Below, one piece after another: positions 49,767 through 60,770 of a DNA stretch of 64,000 nucleotides (position 1 is its first letter; each line of letters begins with the position of its first letter). The position numbers were made by a program, and so were the translations under genes. The notes below the pieces were generated by a model. That model was given only the letters and a program-made list of their open reading frames with translations, did no database searches and was not told where the DNA came from. Source of the stretch: Pristiophorus japonicus (lineage: Eukaryota); contig NC_091991.1 of assembly GCF_044704955.1 (NCBI RefSeq), positions 115,258,001-115,322,000 on the forward strand. The letters run 5' to 3'.

Positions 49767-49953
49767 CAAGCCCGTGTGGTGGTTGATGTGCAATGGTCAC
49801 CACACGTTAAAAAAATTCACGCACAGGCATCTTCCACCCCCTCAACTGGAGTTCAGGCCTGGAACATCGGGTCCTTCATTGAAACATCTGTGAACTCGTG
49901 TGGAAGCAAGTCATCCTCGTTCGAGGGACCGCCTATGATGATGATGATGATGA
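49767..49953 (+). mobile_element. Truncated copy of the RTE-tailed non-autonomous element
   Basis: Similar to 39625-39797; (ATG)n tail. Confidence 0.7.
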
Positions 49954-50780
49954 TACTGTGCAGCACAATTAGAGAGTCTGGTGGGTGTCTAGGTGCTGGA
50001 CCTCTGGTGGTGTCTCCTATTCAGTCACTATAGAAGCTTGCAAGTTGCCACTGGTTTACACAAATGTGGATCTACGATTCTAACATTGGGATAAGGGGAA
50101 ACTGGTGCTCTTTAATCCAAACTGAACAAGTGCTGGCGTTAAAGCACCTTCGGGGGTGCACGTGAGACGGCACTGGCGAACTTCTTAACTGTACCTCCAC
50201 AGGAAAGTAGCTGACCGCCACTCGGGGCACTTCCTCCGACAGCACAGTCAGACTTGATAACATTACACCTGGGTAACTACAAATGCAACTCCCATTCCTC
50301 CATCCAGACTCGGTGCACTGGAGCCATGATGTGCATGTTGGTAAGATGAATTGATTTGCACGAGGGCAGCACAGTGACAGAGCACCACTTGGATCTGGAG
50401 CCCCAGCACGGCACACAAACTGATCTGATGGTTTACACCCCTTGAGCAGAAGCCAGGCTTATCTTCCGAGTGAGCGAGGGGAACATTAGGAGAGTCTGCT
50501 GGAGCTGGTGGTCATCTCCCGCACATCTGCCAGTCTGGCACGCCTCCTCCCTGCCTCTCAGTGTATGGCTTCGACCAGGATCGACAGAGGTCTGCGACCA
50601 AGTCATTTACCCATGCTTTGCATGAGAGTGCATGAGGATGAATCATTAGCAACACAAAGAATAACCAGTTGCAAGAGGCAACCTGCACTGTTTCCCTGTG
50701 CAGTACTGCTTGTTTTGTGATTGATTTTTTTTTTAAAGCATCATGATGTTTTCTGACTATATCTCACTCCTGCTTGACAG

Positions 50781-50885
50781 ATGCAATGACAAAGCACCTA
50801 GCAGTAGAATGGGGACCTGACAACATTCGCATTAACAGTCTGGCACCAGGCCCCATATCTGGGACTGAGGGCTTTCGGAAATTGG
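50781..50885 (+). CDS. DECR2: DECR2 coding exon 7
   Basis: [34 protein letters not shown](G). Confidence 0.96.
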
Positions 50886-51020
50886 GTAAGGGACTGCGCA
50901 TCTCTGCTGAGTGTGGCGCTCAGATAATGGGGCCTGTAGATGGATTGATGATGCATCATACAGCGGATAGGTCACGTAATCTTTTCCTAATCATGTTCCG
51001 TCTCTTTCCCTCCCCGCCAG

Positions 51021-51238
51021 GTGGTTTGGCAAGGGCGATGGCAGACCACTATAAATTGATTCCGCTGCAACGAGCAGGGACAAAGACAGAAATAGCCCAT
51101 GGTGTGCTGTACCTCGTGAGCCCAGCAGCATCGTATGTGACTGGCACATCGCTCGTAATCGACGGTGGACATTGGCTCACCAGTGCCAATAACATGTCGG
51201 CAATGCAGGCACTCCTGCAAAAATCGGCCAAGCTGTAA
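51021..51238 (+). CDS. DECR2: DECR2 last coding exon, ending in peroxisomal targeting signal PTS1 (-AKL)
   Basis: [71 protein letters not shown]; candidate AATAAA at ~51606. Confidence 0.96.
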
Positions 51239-51862
51239 ACCCTGTTGAGTTGGATGGTGAGAGTTTCCAAAGTGATTGGGTCAATACTGTGAAGGGTTTC
51301 CATACTAATGTAATATGCGGTACACAAAGTGGTCATTAATAGGATACACACTGTCATATATAGAAATATAATATATATATATATATATAATATCACCATC
51401 CCAGTGCTGAGAGGGTGGACAGGGATCCTGATCCAGACCTACCACTCTTTGCTCTTGAGCAACCTGCCACTTTGGTGCCTGACAGCACCCTGGGATGGCT
51501 CCTCTCCAGTTATCCACTGAACAATTGTGACTCATTGCTGACATCATCATACATCAATCACCTGGAGCATCCTGTGTGATTCTGTGCCAACTCTGGCCAC
51601 CAGCCAATAAAAGAATACATTTCTCCATGTGGGCTCTGCAATATTTTCAGAATTGTTTTGATGTTTGTGGAGTGTCTGAAATGTTTTTGTTCGTTTGTTG
51701 AGTACTTGAAGTCCCCTCTTTTTCTGCTTTCAAATTGGTTATTTTCTACTTCGGTTATCTCACCAATCACATTTGCAGATTATATGAGTGAGCTACCATG
51801 CCTGTCCTTTCCCTGGCTAAAATCAACTGTTCTGCAAAGTCACTCTGGTGCCACATTGTGGG

Positions 51863-52185
51863 CAGTCAAGCTGGCTCAGTGGGTAGCACTCTAGCTCTGA
51901 GTCAGAAGGTTGTGGGTTCAAGCCCCACTCCAGAATCTGAACACATAACCTAGGCTGACACTTCAATGCAGTGCTCAGGGAATAATGCTGTGTTATCAGA
52001 GGTGCCATTTCTTGGATGAGACGTTAAACTGAGGCTCTATGTACCGATTCAGCACTATTTGAAGATGAGCTCCATGAAAAACAGATTATCCAGCTATTAA
52101 TTTGCTTTTTATTTTGGATGACGTCTCGGTGAAGTGACTTGGGATATTTTTCTATGATAAAGGCGTTATTTAAATGCAAGTTGTT
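51863..52185 (+). mobile_element. DeuSINE (SacSINE1-like), internally deleted
   Basis: A and B boxes, Deu-domain start and tail. Confidence 0.78.
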
Positions 52186-52399
52186 TGTGCAATGTTGTGC
52201 ATTTACACATGGAACAGTGCACTGCAAAAGTACTCCCTTGGTTGTAGAGTAATTTGGTTGGGATTCCCTAAGGATGTGATAAGGTGAGAATAACAGACTA
52301 TAGCGCTGCTCCAAGCTACCGAGAGATTCTAAACTCTCTGGCGGTGCTATTGGGAGGAAGAGAAGATCATCCTGTTCTAAGCGGAGCCAATGAGAAGAA

Positions 52400-53560
52400 T
52401 ATAAAAGCAAAATATTGCGGATGCTGGAAATCCGAAATAAAAATAGAAAATGCTGGAAATACTCAGCAGGTCAGGCAGCATCTGTGGAGAGAGAAATATC
52501 GTTAATGTATCAGGTCGATAACCTTTTATCGGAACAGGAAAAAGTTAGAGATGTAACAGGGGAAAGTGCAGACCAAGTGTAATCTCTCCTCCCCCTTCCC
52601 TAATGCCAGCTGAGTGAGTGACTGAGTGAAGGGTCGGCCAGACTCCCAGAGGTCAGTCACAGGAGGAATATTCAATGTTAACTTTCTTCCCTGCGGGGAC
52701 AATAACGCTCTTGATTGATCCCTGCAGCTGATTGAAGTGTGAAGTGGAGACACTAACTTTTACCTCAGCCAAGGCAATAAAATAAGCAGAGTTAAAGAGA
52801 AAACAAAAATAAATTCTGGAAATCTGAAATAAAGACGAAACGTGCACAGCAGGTCAGTCAATGTCTGAAAGAGTTTTGGTCACAATGCTCCTCACAAAAC
52901 TTGGTACAGTAATCAGGAGAATCCTTTTATAAAACTTATCAAAATAAAACAGTACAGGAGAATTAGTAGGTCTGCAGTACAGATATCTAACTGCTTTCAC
53001 AAAGACGCAGCTAATACATTCAATAGCTTTTCCTGTTAAAATGCAGAAAGAGGTGTAGTGGGCTATAATCTATATAAAGGCCCTCAGTCAGGCAAACAAG
53101 GGGTGAGTCAAACATGCCTCCAAAATAAAAGGGAATGTGATGGAATGTGGATAGGAGAATCCAACAGGAAAATCAGAGTGGGTTGAGATCTGAAGCAGTT
53201 GATGTTCAGACTGGAGGGCTCCAAAGTTCAAAAATACTGAGGCAAGGTTTCGGAAGCCTGGTTGGAACCGTCTAGGGTGCCAAAGTTGGAAAGATTGGAA
53301 TAGGAAGCAAGGATGAAGTGGTCCACGGGAAGATCAGGGTCATGGTTGCCGACAGAACATTGATGTTCAGCGAAGTGCTCACCTAACCTATTTTGGTCTC
53401 CCCAATATAAAGGAGACCTGTTATGATCAGATTGGAAGAGCGATGTGTAAATTGCTGTCTCTCTCGGAAAGGGTTTGGAATCTCATGGGAAGAAGCAAAT
53501 GGACAGGTGTTGCATCTGATACAGTTGCTGGGGAAAGAGTAGTGGGGAGAGGGAGGGTGA
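52400..53560 (-). mobile_element. Penelope-like element remnants (terminal repeat plus GIY-YIG endonuclease relic)
   Basis: Minus strand 53380-53530 translates to ...CIRCNTCPF...QQFTHRSSNL...GLLYIGETK, and RLGEHFAEH in a shifted frame; terminal-repeat-like block at 52400-52540. Confidence 0.6.
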
Positions 53561-53564
53561 TATT

Positions 53565-54120
53565 AGGCTGAATGAGGATGTCGTCCCAGGTCGCCTGCAA
53601 TTTCTGCGGTCTGGAAGAGTCCGTTTTCCATGTTTATGTAGAGTGTGTGAGGTTGCAGCCCCTGTTCCAATATTTCAAGGGGCAGCTCCTCAAATTCTGG
53701 TTGCACTTCAGTCCCACGCTCCTGATCTTTGGGTACCCTGTGCGGAGGGGAGCGGGCAGGTCGGAAGGCCTCCTCGTAGGACTGCTCCTGGGCATGGCCA
53801 TGGTGGCCATTAATCGGTCCATGATGGCCATTAATCGGTCCAGGCAGCAGGCGGTCGAGGGTGTCGTTCAGCCCGACTGCCTGCCTCTCTTCCACGGTTA
53901 CATTCGAACCAGGGTGTTCCTGGAGATGGATGCACGCGATGTCCACCGGTATGCTTGCGGCCTTCTGCGAGAGGTGGGCACCTGAGGGACTGGAGTGCAT
54001 CATTTCAACAGGGAACAGAATTTTAATTTGATTTGATTTGATTTGAAAAAGCTTCCCTTTAATTTTCAATTGTTAATTTGTAGTTTTTGGTGCCTTCAAA
54101 AAAAGGGGGGGCACTTGACT
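53565..54120 (+). mobile_element. Tx1-clade LINE 3' fragment
   Basis: ACNFCGLEESVFHVYVECVRLQPLF...FWLHFSPTLLIFG: CCHC zinc knuckle of Tx1-like ORF2; T-rich 3' UTR. Confidence 0.78.
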
Positions 54121-55379
54121 GAAAGTTACTAAAAATAGTTGAGGATGTAGTTATAGCACAACCAATGAAAGTGAAAGATACCCCCTTTTCTCAACCAATG
54201 AGAGAAGCGGGTGGGCTATCTCTAGTCTAAACAATGAAAGAGGAGAGCACATGGACCGCCCCCTCCCAACCCGATTAACCCAATGAAAGGAGAGAAGATT
54301 GCCTGTCCTTCAGCACAGCCAACGGCAAGAGGAGAGGGTAGGCAGACAGCTCCTTTCCTCAAATAAACCACCCTCCCCAGCAAAACCAATGAGAGGAACG
54401 ATTGCCTCAAGCAGCGAAAAGTGGAAGCGGGTGGCCTAACTCCTATCCTGTTCTTGACAATCACACCATCGCACTGTTACAGGTGAATGTTTGGATAACT
54501 TTTTAATCGCAGTTTGTTATGTTCTTCAGCCCAAAGATTGAGGACGGTGAATCCTTTAACTATTTGCTAATGCAGCAAGTGGCGGGGCACCTGTAAAGGG
54601 ACTTTAGTGCGAGTTGGGAAATACTTTTATTTCCCCCACTCTTTCCCTACCGGAATTTGGATCAGTGTTGGTCTGTCCATCAGCTTCAGCCAAAGGTAAA
54701 TGTCTGGGGGACCCCATCATCTTTGGAATTAACTCGACCAATATTCCAACCAGAGGAGTCACGCACCTCGGAGGCCCGGTACTGGGCAACTGGAAGCCCG
54801 GAGATTGGTTGCTAGAGCCAGGTGTCATCAATTGGCTTCAGTTTAACTTATCTAAATCGTTTTCAACATTTCACTGCCGGTAATACAACTGAAGATGCAG
54901 GTAAATATAGTTATAGGAACGGGGAGGCTTGGGCCACATGTCTTATGCTGACATATCTTTTTGAGGGCAGTTACACGCCGAATCCTTTACTTTGCAAGGG
55001 AGGGGCAGTGAGGCATGTTGTGATACTGCTTACGGACGTACACGTGTTATGTCCCTGTGTGATGGAGACATTTTCCTTTTTCTGTCAATGTGGGTTCTAG
55101 TTGATTTATGTGGGTTCTAGTTGATTTTGTTTTAGAAATTAGTAACAAAACCGCACACTTGCATTGGTGTATACGGTGGGATAATTACAGTGCTAGAATA
55201 CAACGATGATTGTGATATCTGCACAGGATTTGTCCGTATTCACATTGAATCCACCTGGGAATCTCTTGTATGATAACAGAATCGCTCCCCATTGCATTCT
55301 TCCGTTGGTTGGAGAATGTACTCTCCCATCTCCATTGCATTCTTTGGATGGTGGGAGTCTGTCCCCATTGCATTATGTT

Positions 55380-55620
55380 GGACAGCGTGCGCCCCCTCCC
55401 CACTGCATTATGTTGGAGAGTGTGCGCCCCCGCGGTGCATTGTTTGGTTGGTTGGAGAACGCGCGGTGCAGTGGCCCAGCTCTGCCTACCGGCGGCGCGC
55501 GCGCTCTGCTGCCATTGGCGGGCGCGCGGTTGCTATGCAGCGTCTCCAGGGCCGCGCGGGCGCGATGAGACGGATTACGTCATCGCTGATCCGAGTGATG
55601 GCGGCGCTGAGCTGCCGGGG
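55380..55620 (+). promoter_or_regulatory. RAB11FIP3 CpG-island promoter
   Basis: Very CpG-rich; inverted CCAAT (attgg ~55514), half X-box GTTGCTATG 55529-55537, CRE/ATF-like TTACGTCA ~55575. Confidence 0.65.
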
Positions 55621-55622
55621 GA

Positions 55623-55875
55623 AAGAGTGAGGGGACTGGGATACAGCGAGGCCCGAGAGTGAGGGGACTGGGATACAGCGAGGCCCAAGAGTGAGGGACC
55701 GGGATACAGCGAGGCCCGAGAGTGAGGGAGCGGGAGATAGCGAGGCCCGAGAGTGAGGGAGCGGGGAGTCAACGAGGTCCGGGGGAGAGGGAGTAAGGGG
55801 CATCGGGGGAGTGAGGGAGACCGGGGCCCGGGAGCGGGGAGTGAGGGAGACCGAGGCCTGGGAGTGAGGGGCTGG
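55623..55875 (+). repeat. Purine/G-rich ~31-32-bp tandem repeat (gagagtgaggggactgggatacagcgaggccc) in the probable 5' UTR
   Basis: 4-5 good units followed by degenerate units. Confidence 0.85.
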
Positions 55876-55961
55876 GCAGAGTGAGAGCCTGCAGACCGGT
55901 GCCGGAATGGAGCGGACCGACCCCCAGTGAAGGGGAATCGGAGAAGCGCCACAAGCTGGGT

Positions 55962-56279
55962 ATGGAGCCTGCCCCGGGGCCGGAGGGGGACGGGACCCCG
56001 GGGATAGAGTTACAGCCCCCGGGGCCGGAGGGGGACGGGACCCCGGGGATAGAGTTACAGCCCCCGGGGCCGGAGGGGGACGGGACCCCGGGGATAGAGT
56101 TACAGCCCCCGGGGCTGAAGGGGGACGGGACCCTGGGGATTGAGTTACAGCCCCCGGGGATAGAGCCGGGGGAGTGCGAGAGGCTGCGGGTGGTGTTCGA
56201 CATGTTTGACCCGACCGGGGAAGGACTGATTCGGCTGGAGGATTTCTGCCAGATCGCCAGCAGCTACGGAGCGGACCAG
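55962..56279 (+). CDS. RAB11FIP3: RAB11FIP3 first coding exon (repeat region plus first EF-hand); start codon inferred
   Basis: ...ERLRVVFDMFDPTGEGLIRLEDFCQIASSYGADQ|GTAGG matches human RLRAVFDALDGDGDGFVRIEDFIQFATVYGAEQ; position downstream of DECR2, as on human 16p13.3, favours FIP3 over FIP4. Confidence 0.85.
55971..56165 (+). repeat. Coding 45-bp minisatellite, ~4 copies (PGPEGDGTPGIELQP)
   Basis: cccccggggccggagggggacgggaccccggggatagagttacag repeated in frame. Confidence 0.95.
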
Positions 56280-58247
56280 GTAGGAGAGCAGCAGCAGAGT
56301 GATCCGCATTTAACTCTGCCCGGGAGCGGTGCCGCCCCCTCACTGGGCCTGGCCGGGAGGGGTGTAGTCCCCGCTGGGGCAGTAAATGTTTCTGTCCCAC
56401 TGGGGTAATGCTCAGGCGATTCTTTGAATGGCCCTGTGAAACACACCAATTAAACCCGACTGTGGATTCGAGGGATGCTCGGGCCGGGGCCCAGTTCTTG
56501 GTACCTGGGCTGCTGTCTGAGGCTGGGCCGGGTTTGGTCTGATTAGGGTTTTATTTTGGGGGAAAAGGCTACATTGAAATAAGCCCCTTTTAGAAAACGC
56601 GTTCGATGCAAATTGGTGTCTGCTGATCTTGCTCGCCAAAGAGGTCCAGCCAGATCTCCGAGCCTTCATGATTTAAGAGCCATGCAGTGCATGCAGTGGA
56701 ATTTAATCTATTGGGTTATTCTTCCTGCCTGTCGAGGAAAACTTTTTTTTTAAATTAATGAAACATCTATTGGAGAGTGAAATGATAATGGATCTTGGCT
56801 CCTGACTTTAGTTTTGTGCACCCATCCTGCATCTGCTGTATGACTATCATCACTTAAATGTGGTCAATACCTAGAGATGCGTTCGATATTATGAGGAGCG
56901 GGAGAAAGGTGTTGGGTTATTGTCTTTGTCACACAGGAGCTATGGTAGAATAAAGTTCCAGCCCCAGCTCCAACTGGAAAGGGGATAGCTTCAGTGAGAT
57001 TGGACTATTTCAGCAAGGAAAAAGTAAATCCTAAAACTAGGAAATTCAAATTGCACCGGTTTAGACAAAATCTGAAACAGATTCTGAGGAGCAGCATACC
57101 ATGTCTGGCTTCAATTTAACATGACGGGTGCAGTGTGTTTGGGACACAAATTACTCCCATCAATATTGAGCTGTAAAAGGTGAGGCACCCGTGTTTTGCT
57201 ATACTTATAGCGGGTCACTCGGATTTCGATTTATATCTGTTCCAATTTTGCACAAAGGAGTCTCCTTACCTTGGAGGGCAGAGTGCCTGATAGCTCACGT
57301 ACCTCAATTTCTTCAGTGCAATTTTGTATTTGAAAGGTTGACACAAGAAATTGTTTCTGGGGAACCCACCTTTTTAGATTTTATCTCTAGATTTTGCCTT
57401 GTTACACAAGATATCTGTCATGATGATGTGTCTCTTCACTCCATACCCTCCCCTCCACTTGGTGTTAAGCACACAGAGCTCTGCAAGGGAATGAGACATG
57501 TTGACTGAGAGATCTCCTGTTTATATCATTCTTGGTGTCAGTTGAAATTTCTTGTGGGCTTGTTTTTTTGAAGATGGTCTCCCTGCTTGAAACTCGAGCT
57601 TGATAGTAGGGGCCAATGCTCTGAAAGTGTCAGTCAGCAGAGTGAGATTTAATGGTGAAGCTTGTATGAATCTGCTAAGCACATTTCTCAAATACCATTG
57701 TCTCATGATGTTAGCTGGCTCCTGGTTGATCTTGCTGGCCTGAAACAGTGCATCAGGGTGTTACTGAGCTATTGTATTGCTGTGGGTGGCAGCAGAACTT
57801 CGCACATTTATTTAAAAAAAAATGGAAGACCAGAGTTTGTGTGTCCCTGTCGTTGAGTAAAGATTTGTTGAATGTTGGGTACATTGTTAGTGGTTGGACA
57901 AATTGTTCAAAAAGTTAGTTCTCATTTTCTATTCTTGAAAATGTACTTTTCTTACCATCACTTCACATTCAAACTCGGAGACAGAAATAATTGGAGAAAC
58001 CAGTCCCCAAGAGTAGTACGGAATCTGGAGCTACCTTCATTGATTAAACATTTATGGATGATATTACAATCCAGACAAAGGTACGGACTCAGCCACCTTC
58101 CATTCTTCTGGTACCTCCAATCTGGCCTTAAAGCCAGGGGCAGGCTTTCTGATATAGCCAAACATGGAGGGAAAAGATTAACGAGCAAGTTCTTTGAAAA
58201 TAAATTTACTGTCCGTTTTAGTAGCACCTTGTTAATCATCACCAAAG

Positions 58248-59090
58248 GAAACATAGAAACATAGAAAATAGGTGCAGGAGCAGGCCATTCAGCCCTTCGA
58301 GCCTGCACCGCCATTCAATGAGTTCATGGCTGAACATGCAAGTTCAGTACCCCATTCCTGCTTTCTCGCCATACCCCTTGATCCCCCTAGTAGTAAGGAC
58401 TACATCTAACTCCTTTTTGAATATATTTAGTGAATTGGCCTCAACAACTTTCTGTGGTAGAGAATTCCACAGGTTCACCACTCTCTGGGTGAAGAAGTTT
58501 CTCCTCATCTCGGTCCTAAATGGCTTACCCCTTATCCTTAGACTGTGACCCCTGGTTCTGGACTTCCCCAACATTGGGAACATTCTTCCTGCATCTAACC
58601 TGTCTAAACCCATCAGAATTTTAAATGTTTCTATGAGATCCCCTCTCATTCTTCTGAACTCCAGTGAATACAAGCCCAGTTGATCCAGTCTTTCTTGATA
58701 TGTCAGTCCCGCCATCCTGGGAATCAGTCCGGTTAACCTTCGCTGCACTCCCTCAATAGCAAGAATGTCCTTCCTCAAGTTAGGAGACCAAAACTGTACA
58801 CAATACTCCAGGTGTGGCCTCACCAAGGCCCTGTGCAACTGTAGTAACACCTCCCTGCCCTTGTACTCAAATCCCCTTGCTATGAAGGCCAACATGCCAT
58901 TTGCTTTCTTAACCACCTGCTGTACCTGCATGCTGACCTTCAATGACTGATGTACCATGACACCCAGGTCTCGTTGCACCTCCCCTTTTCCTAATCTGTC
59001 ACCATTCAGATAAGTCTGTCTCTCTGTTGTTACCACCAAAGTGGATAACCATTTATCCACATTATACTTCATCTGCCATGCATTTGCCAT
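58248..59090 (-). mobile_element. Young CR1 3' fragment, same subfamily as 27380-29447
   Basis: 248-aa ORF nearly identical to the 28600-29350 translation. Confidence 0.93.
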
Positions 59091-59569
59091 GTCATTTGTT
59101 TGCTGAATCCTAGTTGAGAGTTGGGTCTCCCTGGCTTAAAGTTACGGCTTGCAAGCTGTGTGGATACAGGAAAATCCCTCACATATGCACTCTGTCCAAA
59201 TGGCTGCTGTATGTGTGCATTCCCGTTGTACATAAACTGGTTGTAATATCAGTTCTCCTTCATATAGATCCAATTAATAAACTTGTACATCAAATTTAAA
59301 GTAATCCCATATTACAAATATAAATCCATCTTTGGAGTATCTGTGGGAAAGCTGTAAAACTGATATTAGAAACTTTAGTGACATCTGGCTGCTTATAATT
59401 GGCATTCTCAGCAATGGCTTGCGAGAGAGTTTGTGACCTAGTACTATTTTTGCTGTTTGCTTTCCTCAGTAAAGCTTTGTCATTCTGAAAGGTGCTGCCT
59501 GAAGGAGCAGTTAATCATTGTGTTTTATTCTTTTTTATCTCGACTTTTTTTCCTTATCTTACAAGAGCT

Positions 59570-60770
59570 GGAAGAGGTTGGAGAGACAGGGAGGAGTGAA
59601 ACCTGGCAGGTTCTTTACACAATGAGAATTTAAAAATTGTGCCATTGGTGGACCGGGAGAGAATGTAGATCAGCGAGCACAGAGATGATGGGAAATGTTT
59701 CCTATTAATTTTTTTTTTGTGTGCATGCTCCCTTTAAGTGGCTGTGCAGCCCATTCAAATTTTCCCCATTTAATAGCCGGTGAGCGGTCTGTGCGGGAAC
59801 TCCAGAGCGCTGCCTGGCTGCACTGCTTAGCAGGAAACTTGATGGATGAACGGGACTTGGTGCGGGTTAGGATATGGGCGGCAATCTTGGACGAGCTCAA
59901 GTTTATGAAGGGTGGAAGATGGGAGGTCAGCCAGGAGATCATTGGAACATAAGAACATAAGAATTAGGAACAGAAGTAGGCCATCTAGCCCCTCGAGCCT
60001 GCTCCGCCATTCAACAAGATCATGGCTGATCTGGCCGTGGACTCAGCTCTACTTACCCGCCCACTCCTCGTAACCCTTAATTCCCTTATTGGTTAAAAAT
60101 CTATCTATCTGTGATTTGAATACATTCAATGAGCTAGCCTCAACTGCTTCCTTGGGCAGAGAATTCCACAAATTCACAACCCTTTGGGAGAAGAAATTCC
60201 TTCTTAACTCGGTTTTAAATTGGCTCCCCCGTATTTTGAGGCTGTGCCCCCTAGTTCTAGTCTCCCCGACCAGTGGAAACAACCTCTCTGCCTCTATCTT
60301 GTCTATTCCTTTCATTATTTTAAATGTTTCTATAAGATCACCCCTCATCCTTCTGAACTCCGAGTAAAGACCCAGTCTACTCAATAGTCAAGTCTGTCGG
60401 TAATAAAAGTATGAAGTAAAAGAAGGTTTTAGCGTTGGGGCAGAAATGGGCGATGATATGGAGGTGGAAGTAGGGCAGTCTTTGTGGTGGATAGGATATG
60501 CGGTCGGAATCTAAGCTTGGGGTCAGGTAGGAAGCCAAGGATACGAACAGTCTGGTTCAGTCTGAGATAGTGGCCACATCAAAGATTGCAGACTGGTCGA
60601 GAAGAATGAAGAGGGTCAGTGCACTACAGTCACAGAGGAGGTAATTTGTGACTTTGATTAGGGTCTTTTGTACTGTGGGGGGACGGTAACCAGATTGGAA
60701 ATGTTCAAACATGGTGTTGTGGGAAATATGAACAGAGATTTGGGAGGCAACAAGATGTTCAAGGACTTCT
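59570..60770 (-). mobile_element. Decayed L2 fragment interrupted by a small TIR element (~59693-59840) and a CR1 3' fragment (~59946-60384)
   Basis: L2 sequence resumes colinearly after each insert (tgatggg|...|gatggatgaacgggacttggtgcg; attggaa|...|tagtcaagtctg). Confidence 0.75.

Noticed and set aside
52288-52350. Hairpin (ATAGCGCTGC...GCGGTGCTAT) as a possible small RNA
   Set aside because: Needs G-U pairs and a large internal loop; no snoRNA boxes or miRNA-like stem; expected by chance.
55486-56400. 304-aa minus-strand ORF and other overlapping ORFs
   Set aside because: Antisense shadows of GC-rich tandem repeats and the RAB11FIP3 exon; low complexity and stop-poor by composition.
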